Below are positions 28,405 through 37,632 of a stretch of 64,000 nt of DNA, in pieces. This stretch comes from Terriglobia bacterium (GTDB lineage Bacteria > Acidobacteriota > Polarisedimenticolia > Polarisedimenticolales > JAIQFR01), in NCBI GenBank assembly GCA_963748015.1, contig CAVVHE010000008.1:1-64000 (forward strand). Reading direction: 5' to 3'. Both the position numbers and the translations under genes were made by a program. Position 1 is the stretch's first letter. Each line of letters opens with the position of its first letter. The notes below the pieces were generated by a model. That model saw only the letters and a list, made by a program, of their open reading frames with translations. It was not told where the DNA came from and made no database searches.

Positions 28405-29409
28405 ATGAGACTTTACTGTGGGATCGATCTGCATTCCAACAACGTCTTCATCGTAGTGCCCGACGAGCACGACCGCGTGGTGTTGCGGTGTCGCCTGCCC
28501 AACGATCTGCCGGTGATTTTGTCGACGCTCGAGCCTCATCGAGGGGATCTGGTGGGGATCGTCGTGGAGTCGACCTTCAACTGGTACTGGCTAGTGGACG
28601 GTCTGATGGCGGCGGGGTACCGGGCGCACCTGGCCAATACGGCCGCGATGCAGCAGTACAGCGGGCTGAAGCACGCCGACGACCGTTCGGACGCGAGGTG
28701 GCTCGCGCACATGCTGCGGATCGGGATCTTGCCGGAGGGGTACATCTACCCGAGAGCGGAGCGAGGGTTGCGAGACCTGCTGCGACGGCGGGCCTGCTTG
28801 GTGCAGCAACGGACGGCGATGGTGCTGAGTCTCGGGAACCAAGTGCAACGCAACACGGGCCGGCGACCGTCGGGACGGGGGTTGGGCGAGACCGATCTCG
28901 ATCAGCTCGGCGACGCCAACGTGAGCTTGGCTGCCGAGTCGACGCGGACGGTGCTGATGTGTCTCGAGGTCGAGGTGGACCGTCTGCAGAAGGAGGTATG
29001 GAGACAGCTCCGGCCCGACCCGTTGCTCGAGTTGCTGAAGTCGGTGGTGGGGGTGGGCAAGATTCTGGCACCGACGATCCGGCTGGAGACCGGGGACATC
29101 GGACGCTTCGCGGATGCCGGGCACTACGTCTCGTACTGCCGATGCGTGGGCAGCCGGCACGTCAGCAATGGCAAGGCCAAGGGCCGGGGCAACACCAAGA
29201 ACGGCAATCCCTACTTGTCCTGGGCTTGGATCGAGGCGGCCCACTTCGCCATCCGCTACCACCCCGACGTGCGCCGGTTCTACGAGCGCAAACGGGCACG
29301 CACGCACCGGGTCGTGGCGCTGAAGGCGGTCGCTCACAAGCTAGCCCGGGCTGGCTACTACGTGATGCGCGATCGCGTGCCGTTCAAGATGGAATTGGCG
29401 TTCGGGTAG
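28405..29409 (+). CDS. IS110 family DEDD transposase/recombinase
   Basis: YCGIDLH, VVEST, KHADDRSDARWLA, VVGVG, GDIGRF, SNGK, KNGNPYL, VAHKLAR; AGGAGG RBS. Confidence 0.95.
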   Translation: MRLYCGIDLHSNNVFIVVPDEHDRVVLRCRLPNDLPVILSTLEPHRGDLVGIVVESTFNWYWLVDGLMAAGYRAHLANTAAMQQYSGLKHADDRSDARWLAHMLRIGILPEGYIYPRAERGLRDLLRRRACLVQQRTAMVLSLGNQVQRNTGRRPSGRGLGETDLDQLGDANVSLAAESTRTVLMCLEVEVDRLQKEVWRQLRPDPLLELLKSVVGVGKILAPTIRLETGDIGRFADAGHYVSYCRCVGSRHVSNGKAKGRGNTKNGNPYLSWAWIEAAHFAIRYHPDVRRFYERKRARTHRVVALKAVAHKLARAGYYVMRDRVPFKMELAFG

Positions 29410-29875
29410 GTGTGGGCGGACGCCGCCGATCCCTGGGTGGGGTTTGGCATGAAGCCCGAACGTCTGAGTGGGCGGCGGCGTCCTCCCTCCAGCGATCCCG
29501 CGGATGCGCCCTGACTGCGAGCCACGAGGGGTTGGACCCGGCAACGGGAGCCACGAGATCTGTCCTCACGAACGATTGGACGCGGTCGGGAACCAACGGT
29601 TTTCTGGGGCACTCCGAGTGCCAGGGAGCAGGGGCTGCCGTCTCGTGCCCCAGGCTCTTGATCCAGATGGGTGACTGGCGCGGATCCGAGGGAACACCGA
29701 ACGAGAGGGAATCGTTCGATCAACGCCCCAAACGAATCCGACGCCACGACCCGCGGAAGACCCCGGGTGCGCTGCGCTGGATCGCTGGAACGATGGAAAC
29801 GGGCCCCTCCCCTCAATCACCCCCACGATCACGCCGGGGTGCCGCAGGGGAGGTGTCTTCGATGTGGTCGCCTAT
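29410..29875 (+). ncRNA. Putative bridge/seek RNA of the IS1111-type element
   Basis: 11-bp stem 29418-29428/29473-29483 enclosing an internal loop with target-matching AACGTCTGA; 9-bp stem 29604-29612/29645-29653; donor-matching ATGGGTGA at 29667-29674. RNA ends are unknown. Confidence 0.7.
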
Positions 29876-29904
29876 TGACGGGGGCCTTCTAATGGGTGAC
29901 CCCA

Positions 29905-32900
29905 CTACGGACAGGCGTTTGGCGAGGCCGTGATGCCGGCGTCCCTCGGGGCGGTTTGAGACGGGTCGCCGTCGTCGTACGTGCCGGTGCCGCACGCGTT
30001 GTAGGCGCGGATCAGGAACCAGTCCGCGTCTCCCTCGGCCGGGGCGTGGGTGTCGGACAGGAGCGTCGCCGTGACGTGGCTTCCCGCGCACGCGTCGGTG
30101 GCGGGCGTGAATCCGCCGCCGCCGAGCAGCATGGATAGCGTGCCCCGGACCACGTCGTAGCCCGTCGCTCCATCGGTCGCGGCCCAGCTCAGATCGCTCA
30201 CCGTGTCGAAGGAGAGCCCGGCCGTCGCGCCGGGCCCGGGAACCGCCGCGCCGCCGAGGCAGACGCCGGCCTGGCAGGTGTCCCCCGCCGTGCAGGCGAT
30301 GCCGTCCTCGCACGCCGCACCGTTCGCCAGACCGGACGCGGAGACCTCGTTGCTCTCGGCGGATTCGGTGGCGCCCGACGCGTCGCAGGCGCCTCTCACG
30401 ACGTAGAAGTAGAGGATTCCCCCTACGGCCGAACTGTCCGTGTACGCCGTTCCGGTCACCGGCATGCCGCCGAGCTTGGTGTACGGGCCGCCCGAGGACG
30501 TCGCGCGGTACACGTTGTACGAGACGTTCGAGCCCGTCCCCGCGGTCCAGGCGAGGTGCACGCCGGCGCAGTCCCCCGACGCGCTCGCCAGGGCCGGCGC
30601 CTCGGGAGGCGTGCAGACGGTGCCGATGGTGCAGGCGCCGCCCACCTCCGCGTTGCTGAGGAGAACCGCGTCCACGTACCAGCCGGTGGCGGAGATGGAG
30701 CTGTCGTCCCCCTCGTGCCAGCGCATCTGGATGTTCCTGCCGAGGAGGCCGGCGTCGGTCCCCAGGTTTACGGTGACCTCGGTCATCGTGCCCACGGTCC
30801 CGGCGCACCACGCGCGCTTGCCGCCGAGCGGGTTCGAATAGCCCGAGTTGATCGTGCCCGTGTACCCGCCGGCGACGAAGTCCGCCGCGGGCACCACGGT
30901 CCACGTCGTTCCGTCCGTCGAGTACTCGAGCGTTCCGCCGTCGTAGCACGAAGTCGTCGATCCCTCGAACGCGTACGTGTGCCAGAAGCTCAGCACCGTG
31001 TTCGGGCCCACGCCGAACGCGGGGCTCGCCAGGACCTTGTCGGAGAGGGTCGACACGTCCTGCGCGTACCAGGAGTGCGCTCCGTCGTGCTTCTGCGCCG
31101 TGGACCAGGTCCAGTTCGTGGAGCCGGTGATCGCGTTGTGGGTCCAGCCCGAAAGGTCGAAGCCGCCGCCGGACTGGGAGCCCTCGAAGGTGTCGGTCCA
31201 GTTCGTCGTCGTGATGGGTCCCGTGGGGACGCCGCTCTTCCGGACGACGTTGGTCTCCTCGATCCCGTTCGAGCCGTCCACGGCACGGATGACGTAGTAG
31301 TAGGTCGTGCCGCTGGCGATGCCGATCGCGTCGGTGTACGAGGTTCCCGCGATCCCCGAGGCGACCCGGTTGGCCGGCGCCGGCGCGAAGCCCGCCGCGG
31401 TGCTCCGATATACGTTGTAGGTCAGGGGGCCGGAGCAAACGGACGCCCCGGCGTTCCAGCCCAGGTTCAGGGTGCACGTGCTGTTGCCGGGGTTCGTCAC
31501 GGTGCTGACGCCCGAGAAGGCCGGGGGAAGCAGGCACTGCCCGGTGGCGAGCGCGTCCACCTCGCCCGACGCCAGCGAGAAGCACGACGCGCCGTCGGTG
31601 GACTTGACGACGTAGTAGTACCGCGTACCGCCGCTCACCGTGTCGTCGTGATAGGTGTACGAAGGCCCGTTCCCGACATCGGGGCTGGAGTCGGGCACCG
31701 TGGCGATCTGGTTGTACGGCCCGCCCGCGGTCGTCGAGCGGTAGACGAGGTAACGAACGATCGCGGAGACGCTCGAGTCGTCCCAGCCCACGTCGATCCG
31801 GTTGTCCTGGGGGGCCGACGCGGACGCCGTCGGGGCCGGGGGGACCGAGAGGCAGCCGCACGCCTCGAATTTCAACGCGGCAACTCTCGTGCTCGACGTG
31901 GTGTTCGCGCTCATGTACTCGGTGGTGAACCAGAACGTGCAGTCGTCCGCGGGATCGACGCCGATGCCGGCGTAGTCGCCCCAGCGCTCGTTGTTCGTCT
32001 TCGAGAAGGACGCGTCCTGGATCACGTACTCCCCCTGGGGCATCGTGCCCGGGGGATCGGTGGACAGGCGGCCCTTGTAGTAGATCGACGGGTAGTAGGG
32101 AGCCACGCCCCCGGTCCGCGTGTACCCCATCGCGATGTTTCCCGAGCCGTCCATGGACACCGACGCCACCGCGCGGTGCACGCCGGGCTCGCCCCCCACG
32201 ACGCCTTCCTGGAAGAGGGCCCACGAGCCGCCGGCCGGCTTGCGAAGCTCGAACCAGCGCTGCGCCGCGTGGTCCGTCCCGTCCACGTCCTCGACGAAGG
32301 TGCCGACGAGCGTCTGGTGGTCGCCGAAATTCCGGTACACGAAGGGATGGTGGAGCGGCTCGCGAATGGGATCGATCTTCTGGGCCGTGCCGGGCTGGGG
32401 CATGCAGTTCCAGGTGCCTCCCAACCCGCACAGGGTCATGTCGTAGTCGCCGATGTGAATCGACGGGAGCGCGGTCAGCGTGGAGTTGGCCGGAGTGCTC
32501 CAATCCACCTTGAGCTCCCACAGCTCCAGGAGGTCGTACGACGGCGTGCTGGCGCCGTCCTGGGCCTCGTCGTCGCGCGGCCGCGCGAAGATGGCCGGCT
32601 CCTCGCCGGGGGGAGGGGTCTTTCCCTGCAGGGTGCCCGGGAGGACCAGCTCGAAGCCGGAGTTCGGGAGACTCGGGACCGTGAACTTCTGGAACGAGGC
32701 GGGCTGCCCCGCGAGCATCTTGGCCCGGTCGAATGCGAAGAGGTCGCGCCCCGTCGAGCCGGCGTTCGCGCCCATGAGGTACGAGCCGCCGTTCTCCCCC
32801 AGGGGCCAGACCCCGTACTTCGGGTAGTCGGTGAGGCTCGTCTCGACGAGGAACGCGTACGCGTAGTAGGTGCCGGTGGGGTCGCCCGACGTGGAGACGT

Positions 32901-33504
32901 AGACGCAGACGCTGCCCCCGCCGCTCGGCAGCTCGGTGATGAGCCAGCGGTCGGCCACCCGGTCGTAGTTGACGACCGGGTCGCAGAAGCCGCTGTTGCA
33001 CGGCGAGGTCGTCGCCAGCGACTGCAGCGTGAAGGTCCTCTTGATCGCGCCGGTGCTCTTGTCCAGGACCTGGACGGTCGAGACGGACTGGTTGACCGCC
33101 TGCACGAAGTCGGTGAGGCCGACGTCGCCGTTGGTGTCGGGAGGCGACACGGTGGAGGTCTGCCCCGCGTAATTGTGAACCGGGGTGGCGAAGGCATCGG
33201 AAACGACCGGGCCACCGAGCTGCTGGAGCTCGACGAGCGGGTCGACGCGCGGCACGATCGGGTACTCGATCGGGATGAAGCCGAAGTCGTCGCGCCGCTT
33301 CATCTCGAGGCCGAACAGGTTCGGATCGGGCTTCCAGTCGGGCAAGTCCTTGACGGCGGGGGTGATGGTCGGCACCACCGGCTCGCTCACCTGGACGGGG
33401 CCCTTCGGCGGCTCCACCGGCTTCTTGTTCTCCGCGGCCGCGATCCTCGGGGCAAGGGCCAGCAGCACGGCCAACAGGATCGAAACGCGCCTCACGCTCG
33501 TCAT
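29905..33504 (-). CDS. Large secreted modular protein (uncharacterised PPD...RWGDY domain, several FN3-like domains, beta-sandwich domain, Cys-rich C-terminus)
   Basis: Signal peptide after ATG 33504 (GAGGGG RBS); SPPDTNGDVG, DYPKYGVW, RWGDY; repeated YxVYRST...YxD...YYYVV FN3 motifs; LSFWHTY...YDGGTLEYS. Confidence 0.8.
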   Translation of the reverse strand: MTSVRRVSILLAVLLALAPRIAAAENKKPVEPPKGPVQVSEPVVPTITPAVKDLPDWKPDPNLFGLEMKRRDDFGFIPIEYPIVPRVDPLVELQQLGGPVVSDAFATPVHNYAGQTSTVSPPDTNGDVGLTDFVQAVNQSVSTVQVLDKSTGAIKRTFTLQSLATTSPCNSGFCDPVVNYDRVADRWLITELPSGGGSVCVYVSTSGDPTGTYYAYAFLVETSLTDYPKYGVWPLGENGGSYLMGANAGSTGRDLFAFDRAKMLAGQPASFQKFTVPSLPNSGFELVLPGTLQGKTPPPGEEPAIFARPRDDEAQDGASTPSYDLLELWELKVDWSTPANSTLTALPSIHIGDYDMTLCGLGGTWNCMPQPGTAQKIDPIREPLHHPFVYRNFGDHQTLVGTFVEDVDGTDHAAQRWFELRKPAGGSWALFQEGVVGGEPGVHRAVASVSMDGSGNIAMGYTRTGGVAPYYPSIYYKGRLSTDPPGTMPQGEYVIQDASFSKTNNERWGDYAGIGVDPADDCTFWFTTEYMSANTTSSTRVAALKFEACGCLSVPPAPTASASAPQDNRIDVGWDDSSVSAIVRYLVYRSTTAGGPYNQIATVPDSSPDVGNGPSYTYHDDTVSGGTRYYYVVKSTDGASCFSLASGEVDALATGQCLLPPAFSGVSTVTNPGNSTCTLNLGWNAGASVCSGPLTYNVYRSTAAGFAPAPANRVASGIAGTSYTDAIGIASGTTYYYVIRAVDGSNGIEETNVVRKSGVPTGPITTTNWTDTFEGSQSGGGFDLSGWTHNAITGSTNWTWSTAQKHDGAHSWYAQDVSTLSDKVLASPAFGVGPNTVLSFWHTYAFEGSTTSCYDGGTLEYSTDGTTWTVVPAADFVAGGYTGTINSGYSNPLGGKRAWCAGTVGTMTEVTVNLGTDAGLLGRNIQMRWHEGDDSSISATGWYVDAVLLSNAEVGGACTIGTVCTPPEAPALASASGDCAGVHLAWTAGTGSNVSYNVYRATSSGGPYTKLGGMPVTGTAYTDSSAVGGILYFYVVRGACDASGATESAESNEVSASGLANGAACEDGIACTAGDTCQAGVCLGGAAVPGPGATAGLSFDTVSDLSWAATDGATGYDVVRGTLSMLLGGGGFTPATDACAGSHVTATLLSDTHAPAEGDADWFLIRAYNACGTGTYDDGDPSQTAPRDAGITASPNACP

Positions 33505-33523
33505 CGAGTACCCCCTCGCCATC

Positions 33524-35872
33524 CTAGTCGTCGTCTTCCTGTTCACCGGTCTCGGCCTCGCGCGATCCGATCTTCCGCCAGGGGTCCGACAGCGCGGCCG
33601 ACGCCGCCCGGACGTACTTGTTCTCCGAGGCCGCCGCCCGCTGGAGGATAGCCCTGTCCGCGGAATTCAGGAGGGCTTCCGAGATCTCCACGTAGTCGAG
33701 GTCGACGGGATTCACCTTGGTCAGGTAACCGCCCTGCACGGGGGCCCCGGGGTTGAACGGCTCGGCCCTCCTGGCCTTGTGGCCGCGGTAGGTCTTCTGG
33801 AAGAGGACTTCGTTTCCCTTCCGGACGGTGACGCTGAGGCTCTCCACCAAGACCCTGCCCTTCGCGGGGGGCTCCGCCCCCTCGTCCCGCTCCCTTATGT
33901 ACCGCTTTTCGTCCGTGGAGACCCGGAAATCCAGGTCCAGATGGCCGTAATTCGCCACGAAGGCGGGATCGAGGAGAAGGTGGCGCAGCTCCATGTCCCG
34001 GGGGTCGGCGATCTTGGCCTGAAGCTCGATCGTCCGCTCGACCGCCGCGGCGCGAAGATCGGGATCGGTCGACGCGTCGAGGACCTGCCGCAGGGTCCCC
34101 GAATCGGAGAGCCGCCGGACGGCCAGCAGGCGAAGCTCCTTCTGCGGCGCCCCCAGCGCGAGCTCGGCGAGGAGCCCCTGGTCGGTCAGGAGATCCACCG
34201 CCTGCTGCCGCGCCTCGCGCGATCGCGCCGAACGGCCGACGGCCGCGATCGCCTTCTCGTCGAGCCGAAGGAACGCCGCATTCCGGACGTCCGGGTCGGG
34301 GTCCGACGAGGCGATCCCGCCGAGAATCGCGGGGTCGGAAATTCTCTCCGTCGCGGCCTTGCGAAGAACCCAGTCGGGATGCGTGCGCGCGATCCCGGAC
34401 AGCGCCGACGGGACGGAGAGGCGCTTCAGGGCCGTGGAGCGCACCGCGGGGCTCGCGTCCTCCCGGCAGATCCGCTCGAGCGTGACGGGATCCGTCAGCC
34501 GCGCTACCGCGTGGAAGCGCACCTGCGCGTCGGGGTCTTTCGTCGCCAGCGAGAGGAATAGCTCGGGATCGCCGGCCACGCCGGCCAGCGCGGCGACCCG
34601 CACCGGCCCGGCCCTGTCCCCGAGCACGATGCGCCGGCGCACCGCGGCATCGGCGAGGCGGGCCGCGGCTTCCTTCCGCACCGCGGCGTCGCGGTCGGTC
34701 GTGGCGACGCGCGCGAGAAGGGTCTGGTCCGTCAGCCTCGAGGCGGCGCGCGCGCGAACCCGCGCGTCCGCCTCCGACGCGACGACCCTACCCAGCACGA
34801 GTTGGTCCTCCAGCACGTCCACGGCGGCCCAGCGGATGTCCGGCGAGGGGTCCCTGAGCGCGAAATCTGCGAGGAGAGCCGGGTCCGAGAGGCGGCCGAC
34901 GGCCGCCGCGCGAACGTTCTCGGGACCGGCGCCCTTCGCCACGCCCGACAGGAGGGCCTGGTCCCTCACTCTCTCGACGGCCGCCAGCCGGACGGCCACG
35001 TCGGTGTCGGCGCGCGCCAGCTCCCCCAGGACGGCGGGATCGTCGAGGTGGCTCGCGGCGGCCAGCCTCAGGGACGGGTCCCTGTCGAGCCGGGCGATCC
35101 GGGCCAGAAGGTCCTGGTCCTTCATCCTGGAAAAGGCCAGTTCCCGGGTTCTCGGGTCGTTGGTCTTCCGGGCGAGGGCGAGCAGGCGCTCGGAGTCCGT
35201 GATCAGGGGCACCGCCACGTCCCTCATGTCCCCGATCCGGTCCCGCAGGGAGATCTCCATCAGGCGGTCCGGGTCGGAGATCTTCTTCAAGGCCCGGAAG
35301 CGGACCATGCGGCTCGGGTCCCTGAGCGTGATCCGGGTGAGCAGGTCCGGGTCGTCGAGACGGCCCACGGCCTCCTCGCGGACGTACGGGTCGGGATCGT
35401 CGATCGCGGCCTCGACCAGCAATGCCCGGTCGGGGGTGCGGGAGACCGCCGCCTTCCGGACAATCCAGCTCTCGCTCCGGAAGAACTCCTCGAGAGTCGC
35501 CGGATCGGTCAGGCGCCTGATGGCCTCGGCCCGGACTTCCTCGCGGGGAGCGTTCCGGGCGACCCGGTCGAGGAATTCCTGCTGCTCGATCCGCCCGACC
35601 GCCGCCATCTGGACCTGCTTGCTGGGGTCCTCGATGGCGATTCGGCTGAGCAGCGCGCCGTCGCGCACCTCCGACACCGCGCGCAGGCGGACGACGGGGT
35701 CGGGATCGGACAGGGCCGCAGCGGACGGCGGCGCGGGCGGCGCGTCCTGGGCGGGGACCCGGGCCGCGCCCAGGAGGGCGAGCGCGGCCAGGAGCCATCC
35801 GGCGAAGACGATCCCGGAAGCACGCTCCTCGCGGGAATCGCCCGACGGGCCTTTGGCTGGTTCCCCCCTCAC
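33524..35872 (-). CDS. Exported HEAT/LRV-like repeat protein (about 22 repeats of ~26 aa)
   Basis: Hydrophobic signal segment, then repeats DxDxxVRxAAVxRLxDxxLLxxIA. Start uncertain: GTG 35872 with GGAG RBS, or ATG 35962. Confidence 0.8.
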   Translation of the reverse strand: MRGEPAKGPSGDSREERASGIVFAGWLLAALALLGAARVPAQDAPPAPPSAAALSDPDPVVRLRAVSEVRDGALLSRIAIEDPSKQVQMAAVGRIEQQEFLDRVARNAPREEVRAEAIRRLTDPATLEEFFRSESWIVRKAAVSRTPDRALLVEAAIDDPDPYVREEAVGRLDDPDLLTRITLRDPSRMVRFRALKKISDPDRLMEISLRDRIGDMRDVAVPLITDSERLLALARKTNDPRTRELAFSRMKDQDLLARIARLDRDPSLRLAAASHLDDPAVLGELARADTDVAVRLAAVERVRDQALLSGVAKGAGPENVRAAAVGRLSDPALLADFALRDPSPDIRWAAVDVLEDQLVLGRVVASEADARVRARAASRLTDQTLLARVATTDRDAAVRKEAAARLADAAVRRRIVLGDRAGPVRVAALAGVAGDPELFLSLATKDPDAQVRFHAVARLTDPVTLERICREDASPAVRSTALKRLSVPSALSGIARTHPDWVLRKAATERISDPAILGGIASSDPDPDVRNAAFLRLDEKAIAAVGRSARSREARQQAVDLLTDQGLLAELALGAPQKELRLLAVRRLSDSGTLRQVLDASTDPDLRAAAVERTIELQAKIADPRDMELRHLLLDPAFVANYGHLDLDFRVSTDEKRYIRERDEGAEPPAKGRVLVESLSVTVRKGNEVLFQKTYRGHKARRAEPFNPGAPVQGGYLTKVNPVDLDYVEISEALLNSADRAILQRAAASENKYVRAASAALSDPWRKIGSREAETGEQEDDD

Positions 35873-35972
35873 CGTGAACTCCGTGGCGCGAACAGGCCTA
35901 GCACCCCCGGCGAGCCGCGTTCTCGCGGACGCGGCTCGCCGGGTCGCCGGAGCGACCAACATACCTCCAAAA

Positions 35973-37601
35973 TCAATCCTCGTGGACGACGACGAGTGGC
36001 ACGGGGGGACGGGCGCTCACGCGCACGACCGGGTAGACCCCCGGCTCCGCGCTCCACTGCCGGACCAACGCGCGGCTGAAGAGCCCCCAGGCCGCCAGGC
36101 CGTCGGTCGAGGAGGGCTCGAGCAGGACCGGGATCAGCCGGGCGAGCGGCTGGCGCATGTCGACGAACACCGACCCCGGCGGCAGCTCGAGATCGGCCTT
36201 CTCGTAGCGGCCCGACAGGGTCACGGGGACGTGTCCCTGGTACAGGTCCTTGGCCGTCTCGACCTTCTCGAGGGCGAAGCGCTCCGCGGGAACCTTGCAC
36301 GATTGCTCGATCCGCTCGACGGCGATGCCGTGAGCGAGCAGGGTCCGCACCGCCTCGTCGAACCCCGGCAACAGCACGTATCCGGCCGGGAGCGGCACGG
36401 TGCGGGAGGGCACGGCGAGCGCCATGTACGGGGCGGTGTAGTCCCGGGGCACCTCCGTGGGTTTCATCCGGAACTCGCCCAGCTGCGGGTACTTGGCCCG
36501 CTCCTCGGGGGTCGTCGGCGTCTTCACGTGCTCGAAGCCCTTCACCGTCACGTCCATGAGCCGGTCGAGCTTCCACTCGGCGGCGAAGGACTGCTCCCGG
36601 TAGCGGTCCCGGGTCTCGGCGTCCACGCGGCGGACGAGGGCGGCGAGCTCGCCGGCGTGCGCGCCGGTGTACTCGAGGACGGCCCGAACGAAGGCATAGG
36701 ACGAGAGCACCCGCGTCTTGAAGTCGGCATAGGAGTAGTTCTCGTCGAGGATCGACAGCCGGTTCCGCAAGGCCACGTAATTGGTGCCGTACCGCGCCTC
36801 GATGCTGTCGTTTTCCCATCCCTTCTCGGGGTGCTCGGCGTCCACGAAGCTGCCGTAGGGGACGCTGTCCCAGCCATGCGTCTCGCGCAGCGATCTCGCG
36901 ACCGCGGGGAAGAGGCTGCCCCACATGTAGTCGGCCAGCGCCGCAGCACCGTTGGGGTTCCCGCCGGTGGTGTAGGTGACGGGCTCGCGGTGGTACGAGC
37001 CGTTGGTGGTGTGCATGTCGACCAGCAGGACCGGGTCCCACTCCCGCAGCAGCCGGACCAGCCCCCGCACCTCCGGGGTCTCGAGCTTGGTGTAGTCGCG
37101 GTTGAGGTCGAGGTACTGCCCGTTGTGCCGGACGCCCGCCAGCTCGGGCCCCTTGTCGCGGCGGTTCTTCCCGAGCTTGTCGTTGCCGTCGGCGTTGAAG
37201 ATCGGCACGACGAGCACGACCTGGTGCTCGAGCAGCCCCGATAGCGGGCCGGCCGCCACGTCGCGGATGAGGATCTGGCACGCCTCCTTGCCCTCCACCT
37301 CGCCGGCGTGGATGTTGGCCATCACCAGCACCGCCGGCTTCCCGGTGGCCAGCAGCTCGGCGGGGGTTCGCACCCGCTCCTTCGAGAGGATCACGAGCGG
37401 CACGTCGCGCCCCTCGGCCGAGCGCGCGAGGGACGCGAGGGCGACGAGGTCCGAGGTGGCGGCGATCCGGCGGACGTGCTCGACGACCTCGGCGTACAGC
37501 GAGGTGCGGGCGAAGTCCGTCGCCTCGACGACCGTCGCCGGCTCGCCCGCCCAGGTTCCCACCGCCACCGCTAGTGCCAGCCCGAAAAGTGCGACGCGCA
37601 T
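35973..37601 (-). CDS. Secreted M14 family zinc carboxypeptidase
   Basis: ANIHAGEVEG (HxxE), NADG, DLNRD, DMHTTNG; signal peptide. Confidence 0.9.
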   Translation of the reverse strand: MRVALFGLALAVAVGTWAGEPATVVEATDFARTSLYAEVVEHVRRIAATSDLVALASLARSAEGRDVPLVILSKERVRTPAELLATGKPAVLVMANIHAGEVEGKEACQILIRDVAAGPLSGLLEHQVVLVVPIFNADGNDKLGKNRRDKGPELAGVRHNGQYLDLNRDYTKLETPEVRGLVRLLREWDPVLLVDMHTTNGSYHREPVTYTTGGNPNGAAALADYMWGSLFPAVARSLRETHGWDSVPYGSFVDAEHPEKGWENDSIEARYGTNYVALRNRLSILDENYSYADFKTRVLSSYAFVRAVLEYTGAHAGELAALVRRVDAETRDRYREQSFAAEWKLDRLMDVTVKGFEHVKTPTTPEERAKYPQLGEFRMKPTEVPRDYTAPYMALAVPSRTVPLPAGYVLLPGFDEAVRTLLAHGIAVERIEQSCKVPAERFALEKVETAKDLYQGHVPVTLSGRYEKADLELPPGSVFVDMRQPLARLIPVLLEPSSTDGLAAWGLFSRALVRQWSAEPGVYPVVRVSARPPVPLVVVHED

Positions 37602-37632
37602 TCTCCCTCCAGGACCGGGCGACCCGGCCCGG

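Larger units (their letters stand above)
28319..29899 (+). mobile_element. IS110 family, IS1111 subgroup insertion sequence (~1.58 kb)
   Basis: Perfect 12-bp sub-terminal IRs TAGAAGGCCCCC (28330-28341) / GGGGGCCTTCTA (29880-29891); TGA core at both junctions; long 3' non-coding region; no conventional target duplication. Confidence 0.9.
28157..29903. repeat. Small REP/MITE-like element (~169 bp without the IS) with 25-bp terminal inverted repeats; right IR interrupted by the IS110 element
   Basis: Left IR GGGGTCAGACATTACTGGCGTAACA (28157-28181). Right IR TGTAACGCTAGTAATGTCTGA (28301-28321) plus CCCC (29900-29903). 23/25 match; interior is more AT-rich than the flanks. Confidence 0.7.

Noticed and set aside
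29519..29557. Direct repeat GAGCCACGAG x2
   Set aside because: Only two 10-bp copies inside the IS non-coding region; not a CRISPR or tandem array.
29813..37244. Very long alternative-frame and antisense ORFs (e.g. 29813-33001, 30556-33651, 34359-37244)
   Set aside because: Arg/Gly/Pro/Ala-rich shadow ORFs expected in high-GC DNA overlapping genuine genes; no recognisable motifs.
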